A DNA stretch of 64,000 nt, taken from the IMG/VR virus record IMGVR_UViG_3300035130_000204; one strand, given 5' to 3'. This document shows, piece after piece, positions 46,217 through 55,415 of this stretch. The stretch comes from an uncultured virus (IMG/VR IMGVR_UViG_3300035130_000204). Lineage: Duplodnaviria > Heunggongvirae > Uroviricota > Caudoviricetes. Within the stretch, counting starts at the first letter, position 1. Every line of letters begins with the position of its first letter. A program made the translations under genes and the position numbers. The notes beneath the pieces were generated by a model. That model made no database searches and had not been told where the DNA came from. It was given only the letters and a program-made list of their open reading frames with translations.

Positions 46217-46674
46217 TGATCGTCGTCTCTGACGAGCGTCTTGTGCGTCTGATCGCCATCGGCAAAAAGACGCGGCACACTTTTCCGGCAAACTATCGCG
46301 ACGACGGCCAGGTATGCCAGCCCAAGATCTCATCGGGGAAGGTCCACAAGGTCTACACCAAGGCGCCCTTCGGAAAGTACGGCGATCCGAACGCGAAGCC
46401 GATGGTCGCTGTATACATAGAAGACGTTTACCTTGATGTACTAATGGACCTGGCAGACGAAGATGCGTGGCCCGAAGGCTTCGCGGACATCAACGCCTTC
46501 ATCCGTTACTGGAACGCGCTCTACCATCCTGAGCACGGTAGGAAGAAGGCCCTAACTTACGCTAACGCCCCGCACACGCCGGTGTGGGTAGTAAAGTTCC
46601 GCCTCGATCAGGTGCTACCAGCAGGAAAACTTCTGGTAGATCGTCTCGAGTCTCGCGTGAACCGCACCAGTTAA
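46216..46674 (+). CDS. ASCH-domain-like protein
   Basis: IAIGKKTRHT, EDAWPEGF....F...W, VWVVKF. Confidence 0.7.
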   Translation: MIVVSDERLVRLIAIGKKTRHTFPANYRDDGQVCQPKISSGKVHKVYTKAPFGKYGDPNAKPMVAVYIEDVYLDVLMDLADEDAWPEGFADINAFIRYWNALYHPEHGRKKALTYANAPHTPVWVVKFRLDQVLPAGKLLVDRLESRVNRTS

Positions 46675-46810
46675 AGCCCAGCAAAAGTTCGAAAGAAGAG
46701 CTACGGCAGTGGTTTGTCTCGACCAACGCAAGTTTCTTTACGAAAGTACAAGGTCGGGGAGCATGGGTTGAACGTGGTAATATGCGCGACCCAAGGAAGG
46801 GAGGCGAGCC

Positions 46811-47800
46811 GTGGTAACAAAGCTCAAAACCGCCCTGGCAGCGACAGCGGCAGTTTCTGCTGTTGCGACTTGCGGTGTCCTGTACGTTGCTGGAGAGAAG
46901 ACGGCTGCAGCAGAACAGTCGGAGTTAGACGAGCCGCTTGAGTCCGCGCACACGCCTGTGGATTTCGATCCACCGACCAAAGAAGACCTTGAGCAAAGGG
47001 CGGAGCAGATTCGGCAAGAGGAGGGGGTGCGCAGGGTAAGTGAAGAAGAACAGGCTGCAGCAGAAGCAGAGGTTGCGCAAAAGCGGCGCAAGGTGAGGCG
47101 ATGGGTTTGGGAGTCGCCTGCCGACACAAGAGCGCGCGTATGGAACCTGCCTGAGGAGGAGAGCGACGAGGCGGCTGCTACGGGCTTGCTGCGTATCTGT
47201 TTGAGCGAGGCTGATGGTTCCTACAACGACTGCGTGGCCATCTGGCAGGTTCTACGAAACATACGTTCGAGGTCGTGCGATCGAAGACGGGTGCGGCGTA
47301 TCACGGAGTGCGATGATGATGGCGAGACGATGCTATCCGTCATGCGTCGAGCACAAAGGCATGCCATGGGGGTGAGCAAGGCACGCAGCAGTCGCACGCG
47401 ATGGATTCGCGAGGTCACGCTGGGATGTGAGCAGCCACCGAGCTGGCCGCATTCTGCGCGCATGTGGCAGCGACAGTATGGACGCAGCTGCAGCGAGACA
47501 GCTGCGTTGGCGCGGCGACTCATTTCTGGCGACAACGTTGCGTATGTCATTCGAGGTGTGCGCCCGATCACCTGGGGTGGTCGCTGCGAGAGCGGCAGGG
47601 GTGCCTGTGATGACCCGCTAGCCTGTGCTCGTGGGCTCATACGCATCCAGGGTGTCGACACTTTGAACGCATTCTGGAGACGCCCTAGGACGCCTGGGGA
47701 GGTTGATCCTATCTGTGCGGGGCTAGGCTACGGTAGTACTCAGGACGTTGACGGTGTCGCGCAGCGCGAGGAGTCCGACATGGAAGTTGAGGGTAGCTGA
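46811..47800 (+). CDS. N-anchored Cys-rich protein with SleB-like hydrolase motif (endolysin candidate)
   Basis: RBS GGGAGG; N-terminal hydrophobic anchor; LLRICLSEADG..DCVAIWQVLRN. Confidence 0.5.
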   Translation: MVTKLKTALAATAAVSAVATCGVLYVAGEKTAAAEQSELDEPLESAHTPVDFDPPTKEDLEQRAEQIRQEEGVRRVSEEEQAAAEAEVAQKRRKVRRWVWESPADTRARVWNLPEEESDEAAATGLLRICLSEADGSYNDCVAIWQVLRNIRSRSCDRRRVRRITECDDDGETMLSVMRRAQRHAMGVSKARSSRTRWIREVTLGCEQPPSWPHSARMWQRQYGRSCSETAALARRLISGDNVAYVIRGVRPITWGGRCESGRGACDDPLACARGLIRIQGVDTLNAFWRRPRTPGEVDPICAGLGYGSTQDVDGVAQREESDMEVEGS

Positions 47801-47821
47801 TCGTCGTGCGACACTAGCCTG

Positions 47822-48112
47822 GTGACGGCTCTCCGATGCGATCATCCGCGCCTTGTGCGAATAGACCTCGACGATCAAGGTGCGCCCCTCTATGGCAAGA
47901 TTTACATGTGTGAGACCTGTGACCTTTTGGTCGAGGTAGTGACAGGTCGCAGCTTTAGCCCAGAGGACGTGCTCAAGCTTGCTAGGCAGCTGTCTGGCGG
48001 CACTCCGATCCCGAAATCCAAAGAGCACGAAGAAGATCCTGACGCAACACCACTCGATGCTTCTGACCTCATCGAGGTCGACGACGCCGAGGACTCTTGG
48101 AGCGACGAATGA
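47822..48112 (+). CDS. Small hypothetical protein
   Basis: CDH..CETC, acidic tail. Confidence 0.5.
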   Translation: MTALRCDHPRLVRIDLDDQGAPLYGKIYMCETCDLLVEVVTGRSFSPEDVLKLARQLSGGTPIPKSKEHEEDPDATPLDASDLIEVDDAEDSWSDE

Positions 48113-48411
48113 CAGAGCTGACAGACCTGATACTCGAGGACGCGCAGCTTACCGAGCTGTGGGTATGGGACGGCGACCTGGATCAAGCTCTTGGGCATGT
48201 ACGGGATGAGGAGTCCGAGTGGCTGCTCGAGCGCGGAGTCCTGAGGACGGAGACGGATGACGTTCGATTCGGTAGCCTCAGCAACCTCATTGAGGGGGAC
48301 GTCGTTTACAGGTGTCGTTCGCATCGAGCCCTTCAGGGGCGTGCCGACAAGCGCGAACGTTTCTTCGACTGGCAGCTGGTCGATCCGTTCACAGGCGAGG
48401 TGCGGTCGTGA
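48109..48411 (+). CDS. Hypothetical protein
   Basis: Coupled overlaps with neighbours. Confidence 0.55.
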   Translation: MTELTDLILEDAQLTELWVWDGDLDQALGHVRDEESEWLLERGVLRTETDDVRFGSLSNLIEGDVVYRCRSHRALQGRADKRERFFDWQLVDPFTGEVRS

Positions 48412-48773
48412 AGCGACCCGAGGCCAAGCTCATCTACGAAATGATGAAGACGTCGCTCGACGATGCGCGGTTCAACATCCTGTCGGCGGACAAGCACGTC
48501 AAGACGAGCCGGTACAGGACGGCAGCAAAGCATTGCTCCATTGGCGCTCGCATCCTTCGTGATCTCCGTGCCGACGTGACTACCGACGAGGTGCTTCCGA
48601 CTCGTCAGCGCAATTTCTTGCTCCGTGGCATCGAGCAGCTGTACAAGGAACTTTGGAACCTGGCGAACCGCATCCGGCGTCGCGCAGGGCGCACCAAGGC
48701 GGTTGCTGAGCTACTCGAGGCGCTCGTGGTGCCAAAGGAGTTTCCTGGTGCAGCGCAGGTAGCGGAGGCGTGA
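48408..48773 (+). CDS. Hypothetical helical protein
   Basis: GTG after GAGGT; coupled overlaps. Confidence 0.55.
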   Translation: MKRPEAKLIYEMMKTSLDDARFNILSADKHVKTSRYRTAAKHCSIGARILRDLRADVTTDEVLPTRQRNFLLRGIEQLYKELWNLANRIRRRAGRTKAVAELLEALVVPKEFPGAAQVAEA

Positions 48774-49039
48774 TGGACATCCGTGAGCACATCGCCGAGA
48801 TCGACGACAACGCACTGCTGGCCGATGGCTACGACGACTGCGTCATCGGCGTCACCGACTCGTGGAGCGGCCACGCGCGGCCGACGCGGGTGGTCTACTC
48901 GGTGCAGAAGATCATCGACAAGCTCATGTCCGAGGACGGCCTCAGCTACGAAAACGCCATGGAGCACTTCGATTTCAACATTGCCGGAGCCTACGTAGGC
49001 GAGCACACGCCCATCTTTGTCAGGGCGCTCGAGGGGTAG
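48773..49039 (+). CDS. Conserved small phage-type protein of unknown function
   Basis: ADGYDDCVIG...VVYS...AMEHFDFNIAGAYVGEHTPIF, a pattern I recognise from phage hypothetical proteins. Confidence 0.7.
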   Translation: MDIREHIAEIDDNALLADGYDDCVIGVTDSWSGHARPTRVVYSVQKIIDKLMSEDGLSYENAMEHFDFNIAGAYVGEHTPIFVRALEG

Positions 49040-49042
49040 CTC

Positions 49043-49795
49043 GTGGGCGACTTCAACCCAGGCAGGCGTGTTCTATCCGAGGAACAGATACGTGAGATCA
49101 CCAAGGCCTACTTGAAGGGAATAGGACCTTCAGAGCTTGCACGGCGATACATCGTGTCAGAGAGAACCATCACGAGAGCACTTGAGAGGCAGGGGATCAA
49201 GCGCATGACTTCGAAGGAGCGTTCGGAGCTGGTCACAGCTCAATACGAGTCGCTCCTGAGAAAGTGGGTCGCAGAGGGAAGGACAAGAGAGGAGATAACC
49301 GAGCAGCTCGGCGTGTCAACCGGCATGCTTTCGAGGATGCTCAGGGATCTGGGCCTTCGCACAAGTGGTCGCGAAGTTCAGCTGCTCTCTGAAGAAGACC
49401 GCAAGCTAGTGGCCGAGCGCTACCTCGATGGCGAATCCACAAGGTCCCTGGCGAGGCAGTTCGATATCTCTCGCGAAACTATCCGAAAGTATCTCAGCGA
49501 TCAGGGAGTTCCGATGCGTCCAAGCATTAGAAAGAGTGCCCTGACACTCGAGATGAAGCAAGAGGCCGCCGAGGCTTACGAAGCTGGCATGACGCTGCAG
49601 CAGATTGCCGAGGTCTTTGGCGTAAGCTACACGACAATTCGGCGCGCCCTCAAGGAGCTTGGTGTCAGGAGCAGGCCGCCAGGGCACCGCCCACGGAAGA
49701 ACTCCAACTCCGACGCCCCCATTGGCCTCCTTGCCGCCGCGAGCCTCGCTGCCATAGCCATCGGCATCTGGGGCTGGGCGACGAGGATACGATGA
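49043..49795 (+). CDS. Four tandem HTH repeats plus C-terminal TM
   Basis: Repeats of Y..G.S...[LI]A..[FY]G[VI]S..T[IV]...L; C-terminal hydrophobic helix. Confidence 0.8.
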   Translation: MGDFNPGRRVLSEEQIREITKAYLKGIGPSELARRYIVSERTITRALERQGIKRMTSKERSELVTAQYESLLRKWVAEGRTREEITEQLGVSTGMLSRMLRDLGLRTSGREVQLLSEEDRKLVAERYLDGESTRSLARQFDISRETIRKYLSDQGVPMRPSIRKSALTLEMKQEAAEAYEAGMTLQQIAEVFGVSYTTIRRALKELGVRSRPPGHRPRKNSNSDAPIGLLAAASLAAIAIGIWGWATRIR

Positions 49796-51756
49796 GCGAC
49801 TTCCGCTACTGGGGCAACTGCACCAACTCCACGGCCGAGGACATCTGGGCCTTGCAGGAGTCTGCGCAGCGCGTCTCGTGGCGGACGTTCAAGAAGGCTG
49901 TGCCCGACGCGCGAGCGATGCTCGAGGAGATGGGCGCCGTCTGGCCCGAGACGACCAACAAGCAGATCGAGGACTCGTCGTTCTTTGCGTTCAACAAGGG
50001 CACCTTCATGGGTCGCCCGGCCTACTTCATCGACTGGGGTCGCATCGAGTGGATCTGGGTAGCTCCTGAGGAAAACCCTAGGCGTGTCACTCTTTCGAAA
50101 GAACAACAAGAAATCCTACTGGAGGCTTACAGATCTGGTTTGTCGTTGCGCTCCGTGGCGGAAATAGTTGGGACCTCCGCAAATACGGTACGCCGGTTCT
50201 TGAAGAGCAGTGGGGAGCCAGTCCGCCCTCCAAGTGTCGCTGCAAGTGTCGCTAGCCGACCCCGAAGGAAGTTGACCCCAGAGCAAGAGGAGCAGCTTGT
50301 TGAAAGCTACAGAGCAGGCTTAACAGCGGCTGCTGTGGGGGAGAGGTTTGGAGTTAGCGAAGTGACGGCTTGGAGCATATTGAAGCGTCGCGGCGCTAGC
50401 CGACCCCGAAGGAAGTTGACCCCAGAGCAAGAGGAGCAGCTTGTTGAAAGCTACAGAGCAGGCTTAACAGCAGCTGCTGTAGGGGAGAGATTTGGCATTA
50501 GCGAAGTGACGGCTTGGAGGATATTGAAGCGTCACGGCGTTAAAATGAGGCATAGAGGGGAGTACGAACGACCCGAATTACTGCTTGTTGCTGCCTACGA
50601 CTCAGGCATGTCGTTGCGAGCGATTGGTAGGGAGCTTGGCGTCTCTGCCGAGACGGTTCGTCGCTGGCTCAAGAAAGCTGGGGTGCCGATGCGTGTAGGC
50701 AGGAAGGAGCGGGTGCTTTTGCCAGGACAGGAACGAGCTGCAGCAGATGCCTACGAGTCTGGAGCCAGCATTGATAGCATTGCGGCGCGTTTTGGAGTTT
50801 CCAGCAACGCACTTCGCGCTGCCCTAATTAGGCAGGGAGTTGAGCGTCGCGAACCTAAAAGGGTCAGCTCTGCTCACGAGCATATCGATGAAGTGGTCGC
50901 TGCTTACGACGCAGGTATGTCAATTCGAGCGATTGGTAAGGAGATTGGTGTTTCTCACGAGACGGTTCGTCGTTGGCTGAAGGATGCGGGCGTAGAGCGT
51001 CGAGCAGGCCCTGGGCGCGATCGATCCTTTCGTCGCTGGCTAAATGAAGCAGGCGAAGAGCGTCGAGTAGTCTCTGGACGCGATCGTTCTTTATGGGACA
51101 CGGCGGAGGAGAACCCATCTCGCTCTGTCATCCGCGGCGCCCTTGGCATCGCGAGCATCACGGCGGTACTGGTAGGGCTTGGCTTCGCGATTCGCGCAGC
51201 GAGGATGAGGAAACGACGCGACCCTGGACCGGGGCAGACTGCGGCTGTGGGCAACAGCATCACTGCTAATCAAAACGGGTTCGTGTCGTTTCTTGATCGC
51301 TCGCTGCCTCATAGATCCTTTGCGAACATGGGCGTCGTGGGAGAGGGAGCTGCAGCCATCGCGCGCCGGCTCGAGCGCAATGTTGTTGGTCGTGGGTTCG
51401 ATGAGGTCATCATCGAGGCCGGCATCAACGACATTGGGCGTCGTGACGCGCTCGAGTACATCCCCAGGCAGCTCGCTGCGATGGTTCGCACGGCAAAAGC
51501 GGCTGGGCTCAAGGTCGTGCTCACCACCCTGCCTCCGTGGCAAGACCAGGCCACGCGTATCATGGCCATCAACCAGCGCATCAAGAATGAAGGCAGGACC
51601 TGGGGGGCGGATGTCATTGTGGACATTCACAGGCCGTTGGCTGACTGGCGTGGCGGTTTGCGAAGCGATCTGATCGGCGACCGCATGGGGCTCCATCCGA
51701 CGCGAGCAGGACAGGAGCTGATCGGCAGGGCTATCCTAGAGTCGGCGTACAGCTGA
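49792..51756 (+). CDS. Multidomain protein: N-domain, six HTH repeats, TM, SGNH/GDSL hydrolase
   Basis: HTH repeats between two EENP motifs; SGNH blocks VGNSIT, GVVG, AGIND, GLHP. Confidence 0.8.
   Translation: MSDFRYWGNCTNSTAEDIWALQESAQRVSWRTFKKAVPDARAMLEEMGAVWPETTNKQIEDSSFFAFNKGTFMGRPAYFIDWGRIEWIWVAPEENPRRVTLSKEQQEILLEAYRSGLSLRSVAEIVGTSANTVRRFLKSSGEPVRPPSVAASVASRPRRKLTPEQEEQLVESYRAGLTAAAVGERFGVSEVTAWSILKRRGASRPRRKLTPEQEEQLVESYRAGLTAAAVGERFGISEVTAWRILKRHGVKMRHRGEYERPELLLVAAYDSGMSLRAIGRELGVSAETVRRWLKKAGVPMRVGRKERVLLPGQERAAADAYESGASIDSIAARFGVSSNALRAALIRQGVERREPKRVSSAHEHIDEVVAAYDAGMSIRAIGKEIGVSHETVRRWLKDAGVERRAGPGRDRSFRRWLNEAGEERRVVSGRDRSLWDTAEENPSRSVIRGALGIASITAVLVGLGFAIRAARMRKRRDPGPGQTAAVGNSITANQNGFVSFLDRSLPHRSFANMGVVGEGAAAIARRLERNVVGRGFDEVIIEAGINDIGRRDALEYIPRQLAAMVRTAKAAGLKVVLTTLPPWQDQATRIMAINQRIKNEGRTWGADVIVDIHRPLADWRGGLRSDLIGDRMGLHPTRAGQELIGRAILESAYS
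50251..50538 (+). repeat. 144-bp near-identical tandem duplication of one HTH unit
   Basis: Copies start at 50251 and 50395 (GCTAGCCGACCCCGAAGGAAGTTGACCCCAGAG...). Confidence 0.9.
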
Positions 51757-51764
51757 GGCAAGCC

Positions 51765-52373
51765 ATGGCAGAGTACGAAGAGGTCGGCGAGCACATTATT
51801 GTTGCGAATCCTGAGGACGGCGAGTGCTTTGCGGTCGAGTTCGCGGCTGATGAGCAGCCCATCGCGAATCCAGCGCCTCGCATCAAGACGTCGAAGCGCA
51901 AGCTCGAGGGGTTCCGCATCGAGGTCCCGCTCGGCGAGTTCGAGAGCTTCCGAGTGCGCTTGGCCCTTGTGCGCCCTGTAGACTACGACAAGAGCAAGAG
52001 CGAAATCGTCGCTGGCTCAAATGTGGTCTACAAGATTATGAAGACAACCGCAGGGCTCAGCGCTGAGTCCGTCTACGTCCTGCTGCTCAATGCGCGCAAT
52101 CGGCTTCTTGGAATCCACGAAATCTCTATGGGCGGGGTTACCAAGACGGTTGTCGAGCCAGTGCGCGTATTTCAGGCCGCGATGCTTTCCAATGCCTCGG
52201 CAATCGTGATGGTGCACAATCATCCGAGTGGCAGCCCGGAGCCAAGCTCTGAGGACGTAGCGCTTGCCAGACGGGTGCAGGACCTCGGCGAGCAGCTCGG
52301 CATCAAGATGCTCGACTTCGTGATCGTCGGAATCGGCGAGTACGTGTCTTTTGCCGACCGCGGACTTATCTGA
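51765..52373 (+). CDS. radC: RadC-like JAB-domain protein
   Basis: ESVYVLLLNARNRLL, VHNHPSGSPEPSSED, LDFVIVG, YVSF. Confidence 0.9.
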   Translation: MAEYEEVGEHIIVANPEDGECFAVEFAADEQPIANPAPRIKTSKRKLEGFRIEVPLGEFESFRVRLALVRPVDYDKSKSEIVAGSNVVYKIMKTTAGLSAESVYVLLLNARNRLLGIHEISMGGVTKTVVEPVRVFQAAMLSNASAIVMVHNHPSGSPEPSSEDVALARRVQDLGEQLGIKMLDFVIVGIGEYVSFADRGLI

Positions 52374-52421
52374 GCTGCATAGAATTAGCAAGGACGACTC
52401 TTCTGACGCTACGATCGTGCC

Positions 52422-52697
52422 ATGGCGGTCAGCAAGCGGCTCACCTCTGATGATCTAGGTAAAGTCATTCGAGCCTTCAGCGGGCGCTGGAAACGCTACA
52501 GGAACCCGTACGGAGTTGTCAGGGCAGCTGAAGCTGCAGACAGCTTCGAAGTCGTTTTTAGCGAGGGTGTCTTGAAGGGTCGGCAGGGTGACTTTTTGTG
52601 TGTTGCTGAGGATACTTACGATTGCTGGGTTGAGGACAGTTTCAACTTCCGCCGGATGCACACGGAGATAGCTCGAGCAGGCACGGGCAAGGTGTAG
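52422..52697 (+). CDS. Small hypothetical protein
   Basis: EGVLKGRQGDFL..W pattern (PGDYG-like). Confidence 0.55.
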   Translation: MAVSKRLTSDDLGKVIRAFSGRWKRYRNPYGVVRAAEAADSFEVVFSEGVLKGRQGDFLCVAEDTYDCWVEDSFNFRRMHTEIARAGTGKV

Positions 52698-53476
52698 TGA
52701 CGATGCGCGTAATCGGCATATACTCGAGAGCGTTCTGCGGTACCACCATAACCATGCGGCTGCTGTCTTGTATCCCTGGCACGGTAGCTGTAGGGGAAGC
52801 CGAACGATTGACGCAGCCAGTGTTTCGTCACAGGCACTGTGCGCTATGCGGAATGCAACGCCGGTGCCCCGTATTCACGCCTGAGTTCATGGCACGTCAG
52901 TACTCTCGCAACACTGTTCTTCGGCAGCTGGCTCAGCTGCATGGAGACAAGACGATCATATCCTCCGACAAGGACCCTTTCTTTTACGAGGCAGCACTCG
53001 GCAAGAGGCAGGGTGACATCGTGGTGCTGCTGCGCGACCCCCGTGCAGTGGTGCGGAGCGACCTGGATAGAAGCTTGAGGTTCAGGACGGTCAAGGCTTC
53101 GCTCAAGTTCTGGGCTGAACGGTTTGGCGACGCTGAGAGGTGGTGCTCCGAGTGGGCACATCGATACGTGTACGTGACTTTCGAATCCATGATGCGAAAT
53201 CCTCAGGATGTGGTAGCAGCGGTAGCTGCAGCCTTTTCCCTTCCGGCGCCATCGGTGCCGTCGGACCTTTCGAAAATCGAGATGCACGGGATTGCAGGCA
53301 ACAATCGCGCTTACACCAGCAACAAGCTGGTCGACTCCGAGCGGTGGCGTACAGAGCTTCCGATGTCGGTGCAGCGGGAGATTTGCCAGAGCACGGCGAT
53401 GCGCATCTACAGAAGCCTCGATGCACGCAGTGTGGTCCCACTGGAAAACCTGCAGCACAGCTCCTCTAGGTCTTGA
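52697..53476 (+). CDS. Sulfotransferase-family protein
   Basis: CGTTITMRLL (degenerate 5'-PSB loop), LLRDPRAVVRS (3'-PB motif), FESMMRNP, RWRTEL. Confidence 0.75.
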   Translation: MTMRVIGIYSRAFCGTTITMRLLSCIPGTVAVGEAERLTQPVFRHRHCALCGMQRRCPVFTPEFMARQYSRNTVLRQLAQLHGDKTIISSDKDPFFYEAALGKRQGDIVVLLRDPRAVVRSDLDRSLRFRTVKASLKFWAERFGDAERWCSEWAHRYVYVTFESMMRNPQDVVAAVAAAFSLPAPSVPSDLSKIEMHGIAGNNRAYTSNKLVDSERWRTELPMSVQREICQSTAMRIYRSLDARSVVPLENLQHSSSRS

Positions 53477-53501
53477 CGGGATCTAGCAGGTGCTATAGAG
53501 T
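53473..53501 (+). promoter_or_regulatory. Putative promoter with TAGCAGGTGCTA palindrome
   Basis: TTGACG-N17-TAGAGT, palindrome at 53484-53495. Confidence 0.5.
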
Positions 53502-53515
53502 TCTCGCCGTATCTC

Positions 53516-54448
53516 ATGGCGTCTGCGCACAGCTATAAGTTGGTCAAGATCACAGGGGTTAGTGGCTACAAGTACACGAATCCTGGTGGTTTTGTCATGC
53601 GCGACGGTGTTCAGTACGTCATCGTACGAAGGACGCCGTTAGATGCTGACATGGCGACCGAAGAGGCCAAGGCGTCAGACATAGTCCTTCTGAGGCGATC
53701 CGAGCCGCGGACGCTGATCGACGCCGATGACGTGATCTTCAAGGCAGACTCCAGCAGGAGCGTCGGCTACGAAGACCCCCGGCTGCTTGTCGATGGAAGC
53801 GCTTTTACTCTAACGTTGGTTAGCAAGGATAGCTATCGCAGCTGGCTAGTCGATCTCGTCAAAGGACATCGCGGCCGAAGGATGTACCCTGTTGGTCCTA
53901 GGGGGGTCCTCTCTAAGAACGGTTACATGTACCAGACTGCGAACGGTCGTACGGTTGTGGTCAACCGTGCCTGTGAGACCAAGGCGATCCAGTTTTACCT
54001 TTTTGGGACAACAGAGATCGCTTACAGGGTTTGCATGGCTGATGAGCCGTTCGATGTCTGGGATGGTTACTGCATCGGTAAGTTGTCGGTGCCTCATTGG
54101 CTTCGGGGCAACCAAGGGGGGTTCGGCCATGCTGGGTTCGGCACGTGTTTGTCGCCGACGCTTGCCTTGATTCACTTTGGCAGGTCAGACGAACAGGGGA
54201 AGTATTACGTCACAGCGCTTCAGCGTCTTAGCGAATGGGGTATCCCGGCAGGGCCACCAGAGATAATAGCAGAGCCTGCCAAGAGTATTCCTCCAGGTGA
54301 CGTACCGAACGTCATCTACACAACGATGGCCTGGCTGGATGGCAGCGAAATTGTGCTTTGGTCTGGGCACGACGACAGCGCCATCATCGAGTGTCGTGCG
54401 AAGTTGCCGCGCTGGGCCTACCGAGAGATCAAGAGGCACGAAAAGTGA
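53516..54448 (+). CDS. GH130-like beta-propeller glycosidase/phosphorylase
   Basis: TNPG, GYEDPRL, SKN, GDVPNVIYTT, GHDD. Confidence 0.65.
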   Translation: MASAHSYKLVKITGVSGYKYTNPGGFVMRDGVQYVIVRRTPLDADMATEEAKASDIVLLRRSEPRTLIDADDVIFKADSSRSVGYEDPRLLVDGSAFTLTLVSKDSYRSWLVDLVKGHRGRRMYPVGPRGVLSKNGYMYQTANGRTVVVNRACETKAIQFYLFGTTEIAYRVCMADEPFDVWDGYCIGKLSVPHWLRGNQGGFGHAGFGTCLSPTLALIHFGRSDEQGKYYVTALQRLSEWGIPAGPPEIIAEPAKSIPPGDVPNVIYTTMAWLDGSEIVLWSGHDDSAIIECRAKLPRWAYREIKRHEK

Positions 54449-55227
54449 CGGAACATCAGCACCTAGAGGTCGTACCGCTTCGGCAAAGGCTTGATGATGA
54501 GCGTAAGGGGGCCGTCTGGAAGCTGGCTCTCGGACGTAAGGAGACTGTCGACGACATCATCGAGCACGCACGAGAAGAGGGCACTATTCCAACGCCCACC
54601 TACGTCAAGTGCTACGTCATCACGGGAGAGTACGATGATGGGTGCCTTGGCGAAATATTCATCGTGCCTCCGAAAGAGGGCTCGATGATGCGCGGTTTGC
54701 TCGACGGTTTCGCGACGATGATGTCGATCTCATTGCAGTACGGCATTCCTATCGCAGTCATCATTCGCAAGTTCATCAATACTCGCTTCGGTCCTGAGGG
54801 TATGACCAACGACCCGCAGATCCCAATGGCCACTAGCATCTTCGATCTGATCTGCCGTAAGCTCGCACTGAGATATTTGACCGAAGACCAGCTCGCAGAC
54901 TTGGGCGTCGAGGATCATGAGGAAAGGGCGAACCAGCTTGTAGCGATCGAGCTGGATAAGAAGTCTACAGGAGAGATTCATGACGAGAAGCACGAAGAAG
55001 AAAACGAGCCCACGCCGGAGGGCTGGCAGCGGGTCACGCAAAGGTTCTCGTCAGGGCGGAAGGTCGCAAGCCTCCTCAACATCCAAGCGTCCTGCCTCGC
55101 GAGCAGCGCAGATACGTCAGATTTCGCGGAAGCTCGAGATGGAGACGAAGCAGCTGGAGAAGGCTCAGTCCGAAAGGGAGAAGCTGCAGGCTCGACTGGA
55201 GACGCTACGGGACCAGTGTCCGCATAA
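54445..55227 (+). CDS. Stand-alone TSCPD domain (C-terminal domain of class II ribonucleotide reductase)
   Basis: YVITGEYDDG.LGEIFI..KEGS..GLLDGFA..SISLQYG.P...KF..RF.P.G.T..P.I..ATSI.D. Confidence 0.8.
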   Translation: MTEHQHLEVVPLRQRLDDERKGAVWKLALGRKETVDDIIEHAREEGTIPTPTYVKCYVITGEYDDGCLGEIFIVPPKEGSMMRGLLDGFATMMSISLQYGIPIAVIIRKFINTRFGPEGMTNDPQIPMATSIFDLICRKLALRYLTEDQLADLGVEDHEERANQLVAIELDKKSTGEIHDEKHEEENEPTPEGWQRVTQRFSSGRKVASLLNIQASCLASSADTSDFAEARDGDEAAGEGSVRKGEAAGSTGDATGPVSA

Positions 55228-55396
55228 ACGCCTTGAGCTGGACCAAAACACCGGCGAGACGATCTGCAAGGACTGCATGTTGGTTGTTGGTATTCCTCCA
55301 GCGTCGGATGCGTCAGGAGAAGACTCTGACGACACGCTAGAGGATGATGAGCTGCCGTTCCATCCGACAACTGACGAGGAGGTCGTGCGGAGGTAG
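54980..55396 (+). CDS. Basic N-terminus, coiled coil and Zn-ribbon protein
   Basis: RBS AGGAG; CPH...ICKDC; overlaps the tail of the TSCPD ORF. Confidence 0.6.
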   Translation: MTRSTKKKTSPRRRAGSGSRKGSRQGGRSQASSTSKRPASRAAQIRQISRKLEMETKQLEKAQSEREKLQARLETLRDQCPHKRLELDQNTGETICKDCMLVVGIPPASDASGEDSDDTLEDDELPFHPTTDEEVVRR

Positions 55397-55415
55397 CAGT
55401 CGCGGGTGGCGGGCA

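Noticed and set aside
49043..51100. Transposase or IS remnants because of the HTH repeats
   Set aside because: No DDE or other catalytic domain, terminal inverted repeats or target-site duplications
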